A stretch of 64,000 nt of DNA from Phycisphaerales bacterium UBA7812 (GCA_002480345.1 DLBY01000030.1:22440-86439), one strand, 5' to 3'; counted from the first letter of the stretch, positions 19,654 to 28,509 are shown. Program-made: numbers and translations. The notes: generated by a model from the sequence alone, not told the origin.

Positions 19654-20814
19654 GTGACCGTGACGACTATTGACAGTGCCCCAGAGACGCAGAACCCGAC
19701 CGGGCATATCTCGTTCGTGACCGAGAAGAAGGACCCGCACGCGACGCGCTGGGGCGACTTCCTGAAGGCGACGATCGATTACGAGTCTTCCGACCTGATC
19801 ATCAAGACGGACCAGCCGCCCTCGCTGCGGATCAAGGGCTCGCTCAAGAAGCTGAACACCGAGCCCGTCACGATGGAGGATTGGAACACCATCCTCAACG
19901 AGATCCTCGACGAGCAGCAGATGGCGGACCTGAAGAAGTTCGGTTCGGTCGACTTCGCCTACGACTACGATGACAAGACGCGTTTCCGCGTGAACCTCTT
20001 CCAGGCGCGGGGTAAGATCTCCGTCGCCGCGCGTCGGATCACCTCGAACATTCTCCCCTTCGACAAACTCGGGCTTCCCCCGGTGATGAGCGAGATCTGC
20101 ATGCAGCCGCAGGGGATCGTGCTGCTCTGCGGCGTGACGGGTTCGGGCAAGTCGACGACGATCGCGTCGATGCTCGATTATGTCAACGAGCGCAAGAAGG
20201 TGCACATCCTGACGATCGAGGACCCGATCGAGTACATCTTCGAGGATAAGAAGGCGACGATCAACCAGCGTGAGATCGGCATCGACTGCCTGGACTTCAA
20301 GATCGCGCTGCGAGCGCTGGTGCGGGAGAACCCCGACATCGTGCTCGTGGGCGAGATGCGTGACCAGGAGACCTTCGAGGCGGCGCTGCACGCCGCGGAG
20401 ACGGGCCACCTCGTGTTCGGGACGATCCACGCGTCGAGCACGACGCAGACCTTCAGCCGTATCTACGGCCTGTTCGAGCAGGAAGAGGTCGAGCAGGTCC
20501 GCCGGATCTTGGCGTACCAGATGCGGGCGTTCGTCTACCAGAAACTGCTGCCGACGCTGCACGAGCACATCCACCGGATCCCCGCGGTCGAGATCCTGAT
20601 CAACAACGGTGTTGTCCGGAAAATGGTGCTGGAGGGGCGTGAGGGCGAGTTGCGCGAGTACCTCAAGAGCATCGAGGCTCGCCAGAGCGGGATGATCGAC
20701 TTCAACCAGGCGTTGGTCGATCTGGTGGAGGCGGAGATGATCCACCTCCGTGTCGCGATGGAAGCGACGCCGAACGCGGACGAACTGCAGATGCGGCTCA
20801 AGAAGCTCGCGTGA
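19654..20814 (+). CDS. pilT: Type IV pilus twitching-motility ATPase PilT/PilU family
   Basis: Walker A GVTGSGKST, Asp box LTIEDPIEYIF, Walker B DIVLVGEMRD, His box TGHLVFGTIHAS. GTG start. Confidence 0.9.
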   Translation: MTVTTIDSAPETQNPTGHISFVTEKKDPHATRWGDFLKATIDYESSDLIIKTDQPPSLRIKGSLKKLNTEPVTMEDWNTILNEILDEQQMADLKKFGSVDFAYDYDDKTRFRVNLFQARGKISVAARRITSNILPFDKLGLPPVMSEICMQPQGIVLLCGVTGSGKSTTIASMLDYVNERKKVHILTIEDPIEYIFEDKKATINQREIGIDCLDFKIALRALVRENPDIVLVGEMRDQETFEAALHAAETGHLVFGTIHASSTTQTFSRIYGLFEQEEVEQVRRILAYQMRAFVYQKLLPTLHEHIHRIPAVEILINNGVVRKMVLEGREGELREYLKSIEARQSGMIDFNQALVDLVEAEMIHLRVAMEATPNADELQMRLKKLA

Positions 20815-20928
20815 GCGGGCGGGTCCGACCACGGAGCACGCGGCTCGTGCTGATCGGGGTCCCCTTAGCCCTGCGGGATCGCCCGGGAAGGGCTATCCTC
20901 GCGTTCCGCGATCCGGACCTCCGTTCGC

Positions 20929-22662
20929 GTGCCAGAGGAACACACCGTGGCGATTGATCTCATTCAGACACTGCCGGTCTCGACCGGGCTCACGCTGCCT
21001 CCGGGCGGGGCGCCCCTCGTGCTCGCGCAGTCCGCGTTCGTGCTCGTTTCGTGGTGGAAGGTGCTGATCCTGCTTCTGCCGTTCCTTCTCTGGGGGAAGC
21101 TGGTCAGCGATGTGTTCGACAAGCACGCCGACCGCTTCCATCTCGGGCAGGAGAAATGGGGCGCCATCCACCTCTTCGTTGGTCTGCTCGCGGCGGCGGT
21201 CGCGTTCGGCATGCCGATCCCCGCATGGTGGGGTTTCCTGATCGGTTTCCTCGGCGCGGTGCTGATCCTGGGTGCCGATGTGCTGGTGTTCACGGCGATC
21301 GTGAACAAGGACGAACGCGTCCCCGACGAGCACAAGCTCAAGCTGGACATGTCCGCGATGGCGGAGGGCAGCGCCCGCCGGAAGGCGGCAAAGCAGGCCG
21401 CGACCGTTTCGCTCGGCATCCAGGGCCCGGATGGCACGGTGGCGCCGCCCAAGCAGGAGAGCCCGGAATACCAGGTCCGTGCGGAGGCGGAAGGCGTCTA
21501 CATCAAGGCGCGGGAGAACCGCGCGAGCCGGGTGGTCATCTCGGCCAAGCAGGGCGAGGGCTCGGGCGCGGAGTTCGTGATCGACGGCGTGCGCCACCCG
21601 GGTGAGACACTCTCGGCGCCGCAGGCAAAGGCGATCATCGACTTCTGGAAGGCCTGCGCCGGTCTCGATGTCAAGGATGTGCGCCGCCGGCTCGTCGGCG
21701 AGCTCACGATCGTCCGCGACGAGATCAAGAGCAAGGTGCGGCTGGTTTCGATCGGTCAGCAGGGCGGACTCCGATTGACCATGCAGTTCGACCCCGCCCA
21801 ATCCGTTCTGCGAAAGGTCGATGACCTCGGGTTGCTCCCGAACCAGAAGACGGTGCTCGAGGAGATGGTCAACAGCCCCGGCGGTGTTGTCGTCCTCGCG
21901 GGCCTCGCACAGGGCGGGCGCACGACGACGCTGTATTCCGTGACGCAGATGCACGACGCGTACACAAGCAATGTGCAGACCGTCGAGATCGAGCCTCTCG
22001 TTGAACTCGAGGGCATCCGGCAGATCAAGTTCGACCCGACAGGGGCGGACGAGTACTCGAAAGTCGTTCGATCGAATCTCCGGCGCGACCCGGATGTGCT
22101 GTCGGTCGCGGAGATCCCAGATCAGGCGACCGCGCAGGAGATCGCGAACGCGGACCTCGAGCGTTCTCGCGTCTACGCCTCGGTCACCGCGGATACCGCG
22201 ATGAACGCTGTCCGCCTCTGGGTGAAGGCGGTGGGCGACCCGGCTCTCGCGTCCAAGGGACTCAGGGGCGTCGTCGCGGAGCGTCTGATCCGCCACCTGT
22301 GCACGAATTGCCGCGTTCCCTACCAGCCGCCGCCCGAGCTGCTCAAGAAGCTGCAGCTCCCCTCCAAGATCCAGCAGCTGTACAAGAAGGGCGGGCAGGT
22401 CCTTGTCAAGAACAAGCCCGAGGTCTGCCCCGTCTGCAACGGCATCGGCTACGAGGCCCAGCTCGGGATCTTCGAGATCTACCCGATCGGTGCCGAGGAG
22501 CGGGCGTGCATCGCCAAGCAGGACTGGAACGGGCTCAAGACCGAAATGCGCAAGCGTCAGCTGCCCAGCATCCAGCAGGTCGCGCTGATGAAGGCCGCGG
22601 AGGGGCTCACGAGCATCGAAGAAGTCACCCGCCTCTCCGCGAAGCAGGCGGCGAAGAAGTGA
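20929..22662 (+). CDS. Membrane-anchored GspE/PilB-family protein with degenerate ATPase motifs (predicted pseudo-ATPase)
   Basis: The N-terminal ~125 aa carry 3-4 hydrophobic helices. The T2SS-E-like core retains the tetracysteine site CTNC...CPVC, but Walker A is AGLAQGGRTTT, the Asp box is TVEIEPLVE, Walker B is DPDVLSVAEIPD and the His box is ERSRVYASVTAD. Confidence 0.75.
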   Translation: MPEEHTVAIDLIQTLPVSTGLTLPPGGAPLVLAQSAFVLVSWWKVLILLLPFLLWGKLVSDVFDKHADRFHLGQEKWGAIHLFVGLLAAAVAFGMPIPAWWGFLIGFLGAVLILGADVLVFTAIVNKDERVPDEHKLKLDMSAMAEGSARRKAAKQAATVSLGIQGPDGTVAPPKQESPEYQVRAEAEGVYIKARENRASRVVISAKQGEGSGAEFVIDGVRHPGETLSAPQAKAIIDFWKACAGLDVKDVRRRLVGELTIVRDEIKSKVRLVSIGQQGGLRLTMQFDPAQSVLRKVDDLGLLPNQKTVLEEMVNSPGGVVVLAGLAQGGRTTTLYSVTQMHDAYTSNVQTVEIEPLVELEGIRQIKFDPTGADEYSKVVRSNLRRDPDVLSVAEIPDQATAQEIANADLERSRVYASVTADTAMNAVRLWVKAVGDPALASKGLRGVVAERLIRHLCTNCRVPYQPPPELLKKLQLPSKIQQLYKKGGQVLVKNKPEVCPVCNGIGYEAQLGIFEIYPIGAEERACIAKQDWNGLKTEMRKRQLPSIQQVALMKAAEGLTSIEEVTRLSAKQAAKK

Positions 22663-22804
22663 GTTCCGATCGCTCGCGATCCCGCGGGACCTCCGCACAA
22701 CGCGAGCGTCGGCTAGGAAGAGATTCGGTTGGGATGAGCATGCGTGCCCCCATCGAAACCAGCTCCCGCACCGAGCGGGCGCCGAGCACGGCCGGAGAAC
22801 GACG

Positions 22805-24562
22805 ATGATTGTGAAAATCCTCTGCCTGGTGCTGGTTCTGGCGATCACCTGGGTGTGGCTGAACCGCGGGTTCTTCAACGCGTTCATCCACATGCTGTGC
22901 ACGATCGCGGCGGGTGCGATCGCGTTCGCGTTCTGGGAGCCCTTCGCCTATCTGATCATGGGTTTCTCGCCCGACAGCGGGTTCCTGTCGTTCCTCGCCT
23001 ACATCGCGTGGGGCGCGGCGCTGCTCGTCCCGTTCGCGTTGGCGCTCATCGTCTTGCGATTCGCGACCGACGCGTTCCTGAAGAACAAGGTCAGCCCGAT
23101 CGGGGCGGTCGACTATCTGGGCGGCGCGATCTGCGGCGGCATCACCGCGATGATCACCGTCGGCATGCTGTTCATCGGGTACGGCTTCATGCCAGGCTCG
23201 GGCGGCGTGCGGCCCGTGGACTATTCCGCGGAGAGCGCGGGCATCGGATCGCTGCGTCGCGCGGGCGGGCTGTGGATCCCCGCGGAGAAGTTCACCGCGG
23301 CGTTCTACGGGCAGCTGTCCACGACCTCGCTGAGCACGGGCGAGCCGCTCGCGGAGTATTACCCCGATCTGGACATCACCGGATACGCGATCAACATCAG
23401 CGAAGCGGGCGGCAAGGCCCAGCCTTCTGTTCCCTATGACGCGATATCGATCAAGAAGACCTATTTCGTCGGCTCCCCGAACGGTTCACCCACCCGCGAA
23501 CTCCTGGTCGAGAATGCGCAGCCGGACGCGTTCGTGCAGCAGTACCAGGATCTCTCGGGCGAATCGGTGAGCACCGGTCGCCTGTTCGGGGTCGTCGTCG
23601 AGTTCGGCGAGCAGGCGAAGGAGCAGAACGGCCAGGTCATCATGGGCAACGGGCAGGCCCGCCTCCTCATGACCGGGCCCGATGGGAGCGAGGTCGCCCA
23701 TCCCGTGGCGATCATCTCGCAGGCCCGGTCGTCGGACGCCGAGTTGTACGGCCGGTTCATGTACGACAGTGAGGAACTGTTCGTCGCTTCGGTCGGCGGC
23801 GCGAGCCGAGCGACCATGGGCTTCGAGTTCGTCGTTCCGCAGGGATACGAGCCCGAGGCGATCGTCATCAAGAACACCCGGGTGATGCTCGACGAGACCG
23901 AGCAGAACTTCTCGGATCCGACCGCCCGGTTCGCGGCGTTGAACTCCGGCTCGCTCGTCGGAGGGTCCGCGGTGACGGATCTCGACCTCGACGATGTTTC
24001 AACCGTCGAGGTCGATCCGAACGCGGGGTTCCGCTCTCTCCGGCCGATCATCGTCTCGGAGCGGATCGGCTACAGCTTCGAGGTCCGCCAGAAGGGCTCG
24101 CTCGAGCTCAACGAGGAAAACGCGATCCTCCGGGGATCGCAGCAATTCAACCCGGGCGACCTGGACGCCCGCGGCCTCAACCAGAAGGTCACCGTTGACA
24201 GCTTCGCGACGGCGCCCGATGTGCAGATCGTCCGCGTGAATGTCAGCCGGGAGAGCCCCGCGAGCCTGCTGGGTCCCGCCGGTCGGCTCGCGAGCCGGGT
24301 GCTGCCGCCGCAGCTCATCGACACGAACAACCAGGCCTATCCCGCGGTGGGCTTCATCTACGAGGACAACAGCATCGTCGAGATCTCCTACGACCCCGCG
24401 AGTTCCATCCGCGGCCTCCAGCAGGTGCCGACGGTCAGCTCGTCGCGGAGTGATCAGAAGCTCGAGCTCGTGTTCCGGGTCTCCAAGGGCGTCGATATCC
24501 GCTACTTCTCGGTCGGCGGCAAGGTGATCGCGGAGTTCGATCCCCCGGTCGAGGTGCAGTGA
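22805..24562 (+). CDS. CvpA-like N-terminal membrane domain protein with a large uncharacterised C-terminal domain
   Basis: ATG start. Four hydrophobic helices fall in the first ~150 aa (MIVKILCLVLVLAITWVWL..., TIAAGAIAFAFWEPFAYLIMGF, YIAWGAALLVPFALALIVL, GGAICGGITAMITVGMLFIGYGF), followed by ~420 aa with no recognised motif. Confidence 0.6.
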   Translation: MIVKILCLVLVLAITWVWLNRGFFNAFIHMLCTIAAGAIAFAFWEPFAYLIMGFSPDSGFLSFLAYIAWGAALLVPFALALIVLRFATDAFLKNKVSPIGAVDYLGGAICGGITAMITVGMLFIGYGFMPGSGGVRPVDYSAESAGIGSLRRAGGLWIPAEKFTAAFYGQLSTTSLSTGEPLAEYYPDLDITGYAINISEAGGKAQPSVPYDAISIKKTYFVGSPNGSPTRELLVENAQPDAFVQQYQDLSGESVSTGRLFGVVVEFGEQAKEQNGQVIMGNGQARLLMTGPDGSEVAHPVAIISQARSSDAELYGRFMYDSEELFVASVGGASRATMGFEFVVPQGYEPEAIVIKNTRVMLDETEQNFSDPTARFAALNSGSLVGGSAVTDLDLDDVSTVEVDPNAGFRSLRPIIVSERIGYSFEVRQKGSLELNEENAILRGSQQFNPGDLDARGLNQKVTVDSFATAPDVQIVRVNVSRESPASLLGPAGRLASRVLPPQLIDTNNQAYPAVGFIYEDNSIVEISYDPASSIRGLQQVPTVSSSRSDQKLELVFRVSKGVDIRYFSVGGKVIAEFDPPVEVQ

Positions 24563-24618
24563 ACCACGCTCCGCGGCGCGGGTGAGCGCGCGGACCAAAG
24601 AGCCCTGCCGCTTGCACG

Positions 24619-24650
24619 AAAAAACCCCGGGGGTTGCCCCGGGGTTTTTC
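24619..24650. terminator. Bidirectional intrinsic terminator between the pilT-like operon and rplI
   Basis: AAAAACCCCGGGG-GTTG-CCCCGGGGTTTTT. The arms are perfect, with an A-run on one side and a T-run on the other. Confidence 0.85.
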
Positions 24651-24683
24651 ATTGCTGCTGCGACCGGTCCGATCCGTTCGGGC

Positions 24684-25247
24684 TTACTCCGCCGCGGCGG
24701 GTTCGCTTTCGGTCTTCTCGGCGGACTTGGGCTTCTCGATCAGGTTGCCCTCGTTGTCGAACTCCATTTCCTCGCGCTCGGTGTCAAGAGTGCGGTCCGC
24801 GACAACCCAGAGCTTGATGGTCGCCTCGAGGTCGGTGTCGAACTTGACGAGCACCTCGTAGGTGTCGACTCGCTTGATGGTCTGCGCCAGCCGCACCTCG
24901 CGGGCCTTGACCGCGAAGCCCAGCTCCGTGAGCGCCTCCGCGATGTCGTGCTGGGTGACCGAGCCGTACAGGTGGCCCTGATCGTTGCACGAGCGGGTGA
25001 GGGTGAGCTCGAGGCCCTCGAGCTTGCCGATGAGCTCCTCACGCTTCGCGCGGAGGGCGGCGAGGTCCTTCTCCGCTTGGGCCCGCTTCTCGGCGAGCTG
25101 GGCGAGGATCTCGTCGCTGGGCTCGGTCGCGAGGTCGCGCGGGAGAAGGTAGTTGCGGGCGTAGCCGATGCGGACATTGACCACATCGCCGACGATCCCG
25201 AGGTTGTCGACATTCTCGGTGAGCAGGAGCTTGATGGACTTGGCCAC
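24684..25247 (-). CDS. rplI: 50S ribosomal protein L9 (with acidic C-terminal extension)
   Basis: GTG at 25247 preceded by AAGGAGG. N-terminus KLLLTENVDNLGIVGDVVNVRIGYARNYLLPR. Confidence 0.9.
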   Translation of the reverse strand: MAKSIKLLLTENVDNLGIVGDVVNVRIGYARNYLLPRDLATEPSDEILAQLAEKRAQAEKDLAALRAKREELIGKLEGLELTLTRSCNDQGHLYGSVTQHDIAEALTELGFAVKAREVRLAQTIKRVDTYEVLVKFDTDLEATIKLWVVADRTLDTEREEMEFDNEGNLIEKPKSAEKTESEPAAAE

Positions 25248-25428
25248 GGTGGGCCTCCTTTCGCTGTCCTCCCGGCCCTGGAGGGGGCGGGGAGTTGAGG
25301 AGCCGATCAGCCTCGGCCCCAACGGCATGATGGGTGCGGGGAAGTGCCCGCGGGAGCCGAGTTTAGGCGGGGTTGGGGGTGGGATTCTCGGTTGGGGCTG
25401 GTGAAATTGGGGGAGTAGGCACTGGGCA

Positions 25429-25938
25429 TTAGGGGGAGGCAGTATCATTCGGAGGCTTCATCGATTTGACCCATTCAGTGGTGAATTTGGAGCCGGCTTC
25501 ATACACAATCAAGGAACCGTCATAGACCACCCAAATCTGATCTGAAAATCCGATATATTCTTCGAAATTGTGTGCAAAGAAATGGCCGCAGTATCCCATG
25601 CCACTTAGCGGGTACCCGGGCAACTGATACTCGTCATTGTTTAAATAGAGTTCGTTGAACGCACTGACGAGCCCTTGCACCCGCTCTCGAAATGCGTGGA
25701 ACGCAGAGGTATTCACGTCCTCATGGAACGACAGATAGTCTCGATTGGATCCCGCCAAACGCCAGCCACCGGCGTAGGCCCTCACAACGGAGTTCGGGTC
25801 TTTCATATTGACGGTCTCGCCGGTTATCCCACCCAGCGGATGACCCCAATGCTGCTTGAAAGCCTGTTGGAGTTCTCCGTCGTACCCCGAAAGGTGTGGC
25901 GTATGAAGCCAGCCATCGACTATGAGATATGACGACAT
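25429..25938 (-). CDS. Hypothetical protein; compositionally foreign low-GC ORF between ssb and rplI
   Basis: The 169-aa ORF spans the whole low-GC patch. Hand counts give 23/60 G+C for nt 25501-25560 and 32/60 for nt 25561-25620. A/T-ending codons (tat, ata, cat, aat, tta, aaa, ttt) are common, unlike the neighbouring genes. No signal peptide and no recognised motif. Confidence 0.7.
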   Translation of the reverse strand: MSSYLIVDGWLHTPHLSGYDGELQQAFKQHWGHPLGGITGETVNMKDPNSVVRAYAGGWRLAGSNRDYLSFHEDVNTSAFHAFRERVQGLVSAFNELYLNNDEYQLPGYPLSGMGYCGHFFAHNFEEYIGFSDQIWVVYDGSLIVYEAGSKFTTEWVKSMKPPNDTASP

Positions 25939-25950
25939 TGTTCTGTCCGA

Positions 25951-26454
25951 TCAGAACGGGATGTCGTCGGCGTCGATCGGAGTACCGCCGCCCCCGCCGC
26001 CGTAGTCACCACCGCCGCCTCCGCCGCCCTGGGAGTAGCCGCCTCCCCCACCGCCGCCGCCGGCGTTGGCGTAGGAGCCTCCGCCGCCGCCGCGGTTGCC
26101 GCCCCCGCCTCCGCCGCCCTGGCCCGAGTCGATGAACTGGAAGTTCTCGACGACGACGCGGAGTTTGGACTGCTTGGACCCGTCCTTGCCCTCCCACTGG
26201 TCGAGCTTGAGGCGGCCCTCGATGAAGACGGGGCGGCCCTTGGAGAGGTACTGGCTCATGACTTCGGCCGTGCGGCCCCAGGCCTCGCAGTCGACGAAGG
26301 TCGTTTCCTCGCGCTGCTCGCCCGACGAGGTCTTGTAGCGACGCCCCGTCGCGAGCCCGATATTGGCGACCGCCTGATTGCCCGAAGTGTGGCGCAGCTC
26401 GACATCCCGCGTCAGCCGCCCCATGAGAAGAACCTTGTTGTAATCACCCGCCAT
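25951..26454 (-). CDS. ssb: Single-stranded DNA-binding protein
   Basis: OB fold NKVLLMGRLTRDVELRHT...TTFVDCEAWGRTAEV, Gly-rich linker and C-terminal acidic tip DADDIPF. Confidence 0.95.
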   Translation of the reverse strand: MAGDYNKVLLMGRLTRDVELRHTSGNQAVANIGLATGRRYKTSSGEQREETTFVDCEAWGRTAEVMSQYLSKGRPVFIEGRLKLDQWEGKDGSKQSKLRVVVENFQFIDSGQGGGGGGGNRGGGGGSYANAGGGGGGGGYSQGGGGGGGDYGGGGGGTPIDADDIPF

Positions 26455-26588
26455 GGTGGAACGCTCCTTACCGGTCCGCGCGACGCGCCGGATTCCCCGG
26501 CCGCCCCGAACCGTACATGATCCTAGCAGAAGGAGCCGGGACTTCGCCCGGCTCCTCTCGATTCTACCGATTTTCGGACCCGGTGTGA

Positions 26589-27107
26589 TCAGTCCTCGTC
26601 GGACGAATCCCCGTCGTCGTCATCGGAGGCGTCCGAATCCGCGGCGCTCTCGTCGCTCGCCGACGCCTCCTCCTCGGGCTCCGGCGCGCCGAGACGGGCG
26701 CCGCTCTTCTTTTCGTTCTCGCCCGCGGCGGCCTTCTCGGCACGCAACTGGGCCTCGGCCGCGAGCCCGTCGCGGTCGTCGGCGGCGCGTGCCTGGTCCT
26801 CGCTCATGTGGTCGGCGCGGATGGTCATGAGGCGCATGATGTGCTCCGAGAGGTTGCACTCGCGCTCGATCCGCTCGATGCCCTCCGGGGGGCACGCGAT
26901 GTAGGCGAGGAGATAGACCCCCCGCTTCTGCTTCTCGATCTCGTAGGCGAGGCGACGCTCGTCCCACTTCTTGAGCGCGAGGATCTCCGCGCCGCCCTTG
27001 CCCAGGATCTCGCCGATGTGCTCGACGACGGCGTGCAGATTCGCTGCCTCACCCTGGCTGATGAGGAACATGCATTCGTAGATGCGGGTCTCTGTTGCGG
27101 TGGCCAT
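26589..27107 (-). CDS. rpsF: 30S ribosomal protein S6 with a long acidic C-terminal tail
   Basis: ATG at 27107 with GGAG 8 nt upstream. Motif YECMFLISQ...KKWDERRLAYEIEKQKRGVYLL. Tail ...EEEASASDESAADSDASDDDDGDSSDED. Confidence 0.9.
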   Translation of the reverse strand: MATATETRIYECMFLISQGEAANLHAVVEHIGEILGKGGAEILALKKWDERRLAYEIEKQKRGVYLLAYIACPPEGIERIERECNLSEHIMRLMTIRADHMSEDQARAADDRDGLAAEAQLRAEKAAAGENEKKSGARLGAPEPEEEASASDESAADSDASDDDDGDSSDED

Positions 27108-27161
27108 GGTCAACTCCAATCTCTGTTGCGGTGCGTTGCTTTGTGATGGTCGTGTGCCGGA

Positions 27162-27827
27162 TCAGGCGGTCCATCCCGGATGAACATCCGAGGGCGGTCC
27201 GCCGTCCTCGCCCGGGCGCTGGTCCGGATGCGTCTCGGGCTCGGGCGTCTTTGACGAGAGACGCTCGTTGAACGCGTTCATCGCCGCGTCCACGCCCTCG
27301 CCCAGAAGAGTCTCGACCGCTCTCGCGGCCTGAACGATCGAGGACTCGAACGCGGGCCACTCACCTTCCGTGACCCGGCTGAGCACCCAATCCGCCTGAT
27401 TCATGAGCTTCGGCTTCTCGCCGATGCCGACGCGGACGCGTGGGTAATCCGCGCCGCCCAGCACCCGGTCGATGTCCTTGAGCCCGTTGTGCCCCGCGGT
27501 CCCCCCCTTGGCGCGCACGCGGATGTGCCCGATAGGAAATGCGAGTTCATCGACCACCACGACGAGGTCCGCCGAAGGGTCGAGCTTGTAGAAGCGCACG
27601 GCCTCGCCCACGGATTGTCCCGAGCGGTTCATGTAGGTCGTGGGCTTCATGAGCAGGCACTTCTCGCCCGCGACGCGCGCCTCGACGCACGCCGCGTTGA
27701 ATCGGCTCTTGGGCGTCTCGCCGACCGCGTGGTCGCGAGCGAGCCGGTCCACGACAAGGAACCCGGCGTTGTGCCGGGTCTTGTCGTACTGGGGACCGGG
27801 GTTGCCAAGGCCGACAACGAGTTTCAC
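27162..27827 (-). CDS. pth: Peptidyl-tRNA hydrolase
   Basis: MKLVVGLGNPGPQYDKTRHNAGF, and GGTAGHNGLKDI. GTG start. Carries a Pro-rich C-terminal extension of about 35 aa. Confidence 0.9.
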   Translation of the reverse strand: MKLVVGLGNPGPQYDKTRHNAGFLVVDRLARDHAVGETPKSRFNAACVEARVAGEKCLLMKPTTYMNRSGQSVGEAVRFYKLDPSADLVVVVDELAFPIGHIRVRAKGGTAGHNGLKDIDRVLGGADYPRVRVGIGEKPKLMNQADWVLSRVTEGEWPAFESSIVQAARAVETLLGEGVDAAMNAFNERLSSKTPEPETHPDQRPGEDGGPPSDVHPGWTA

Positions 27828-27855
27828 GGGCTCACTCCCGAGTCGGGCGGGACGA

Positions 27856-28509
27856 TCAGTCCTCGCCTTCCTCGTCCTTCTTCTCGGTGATGACTTCCGG
27901 TGCCGCCTGGGCCTCCGCCTCGGCGGACTCGTCGGTCTCCTCTTCCAGTTCCTTCTGCTGGATGAGGTTCGCGACGACCGTGTCGGGATCGGTCAGCAGG
28001 ACCATCGTGTCCTTGGGCAGCTTGACCTCGCCCGCGTGGATCACATCACCGATGTCCATGTGGGAGACATCGACATCGATCTCTTCCGGGAGGTTGGTCA
28101 CGGTGCACTCGAGCTCGAGCTCGGTGATCGGGGTGAGAATCGAGGTGCGGGCCCGCTTCAGACCGGGCGCCTCGCCCACGAGACGGAGATGCACGCGGAC
28201 ATGCACCCGCTCGTCGAGGTCCACGCGAGCGAGGTCGCAGTGGACCACATTCGTGCCCAGATAATCGAACTGGAGGTCGCGGAGGAGCACCGTCTCGGTC
28301 TCCCCACCCTCGATGTTGAGCGTGTAGACCCGCTCGCCGTCCTCGATCAGCCGGAGGCTCTCCTTCGCGTCCAGCGTGATGGAGACAGGGTCCTGGCCGT
28401 GCCCGTACACCACGGCGGGCAGCCCGCCCTGCTCACGGATCCGGCGGCTGTACCGCGAGCCCGTCCGCTCGCGCTTCTTTGCCTGCAGCACAGGGGTTTC
28501 GTCGCTCAT
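27856..28509 (-). CDS. rplY: 50S ribosomal protein L25/general stress protein Ctc
   Basis: ATG at 28509. Motif ERTGSRYSRRIREQGGLPAVVYGHG and an acidic C-terminal tail. Confidence 0.85.
   Translation of the reverse strand: MSDETPVLQAKKRERTGSRYSRRIREQGGLPAVVYGHGQDPVSITLDAKESLRLIEDGERVYTLNIEGGETETVLLRDLQFDYLGTNVVHCDLARVDLDERVHVRVHLRLVGEAPGLKRARTSILTPITELELECTVTNLPEEIDVDVSHMDIGDVIHAGEVKLPKDTMVLLTDPDTVVANLIQQKELEEETDESAEAEAQAAPEVITEKKDEEGED

Noticed and set aside
25975-26110. A highly repetitive CCGCCGCC tract that looks like a microsatellite or tandem repeat.
   Set aside because: It is the reverse complement of GGN codons encoding the Gly-rich linker of SSB (GGGGGGNRGGGGGSY...GGGGGGTPIDADDIPF). 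It is a coding feature, not an independent repeat element.
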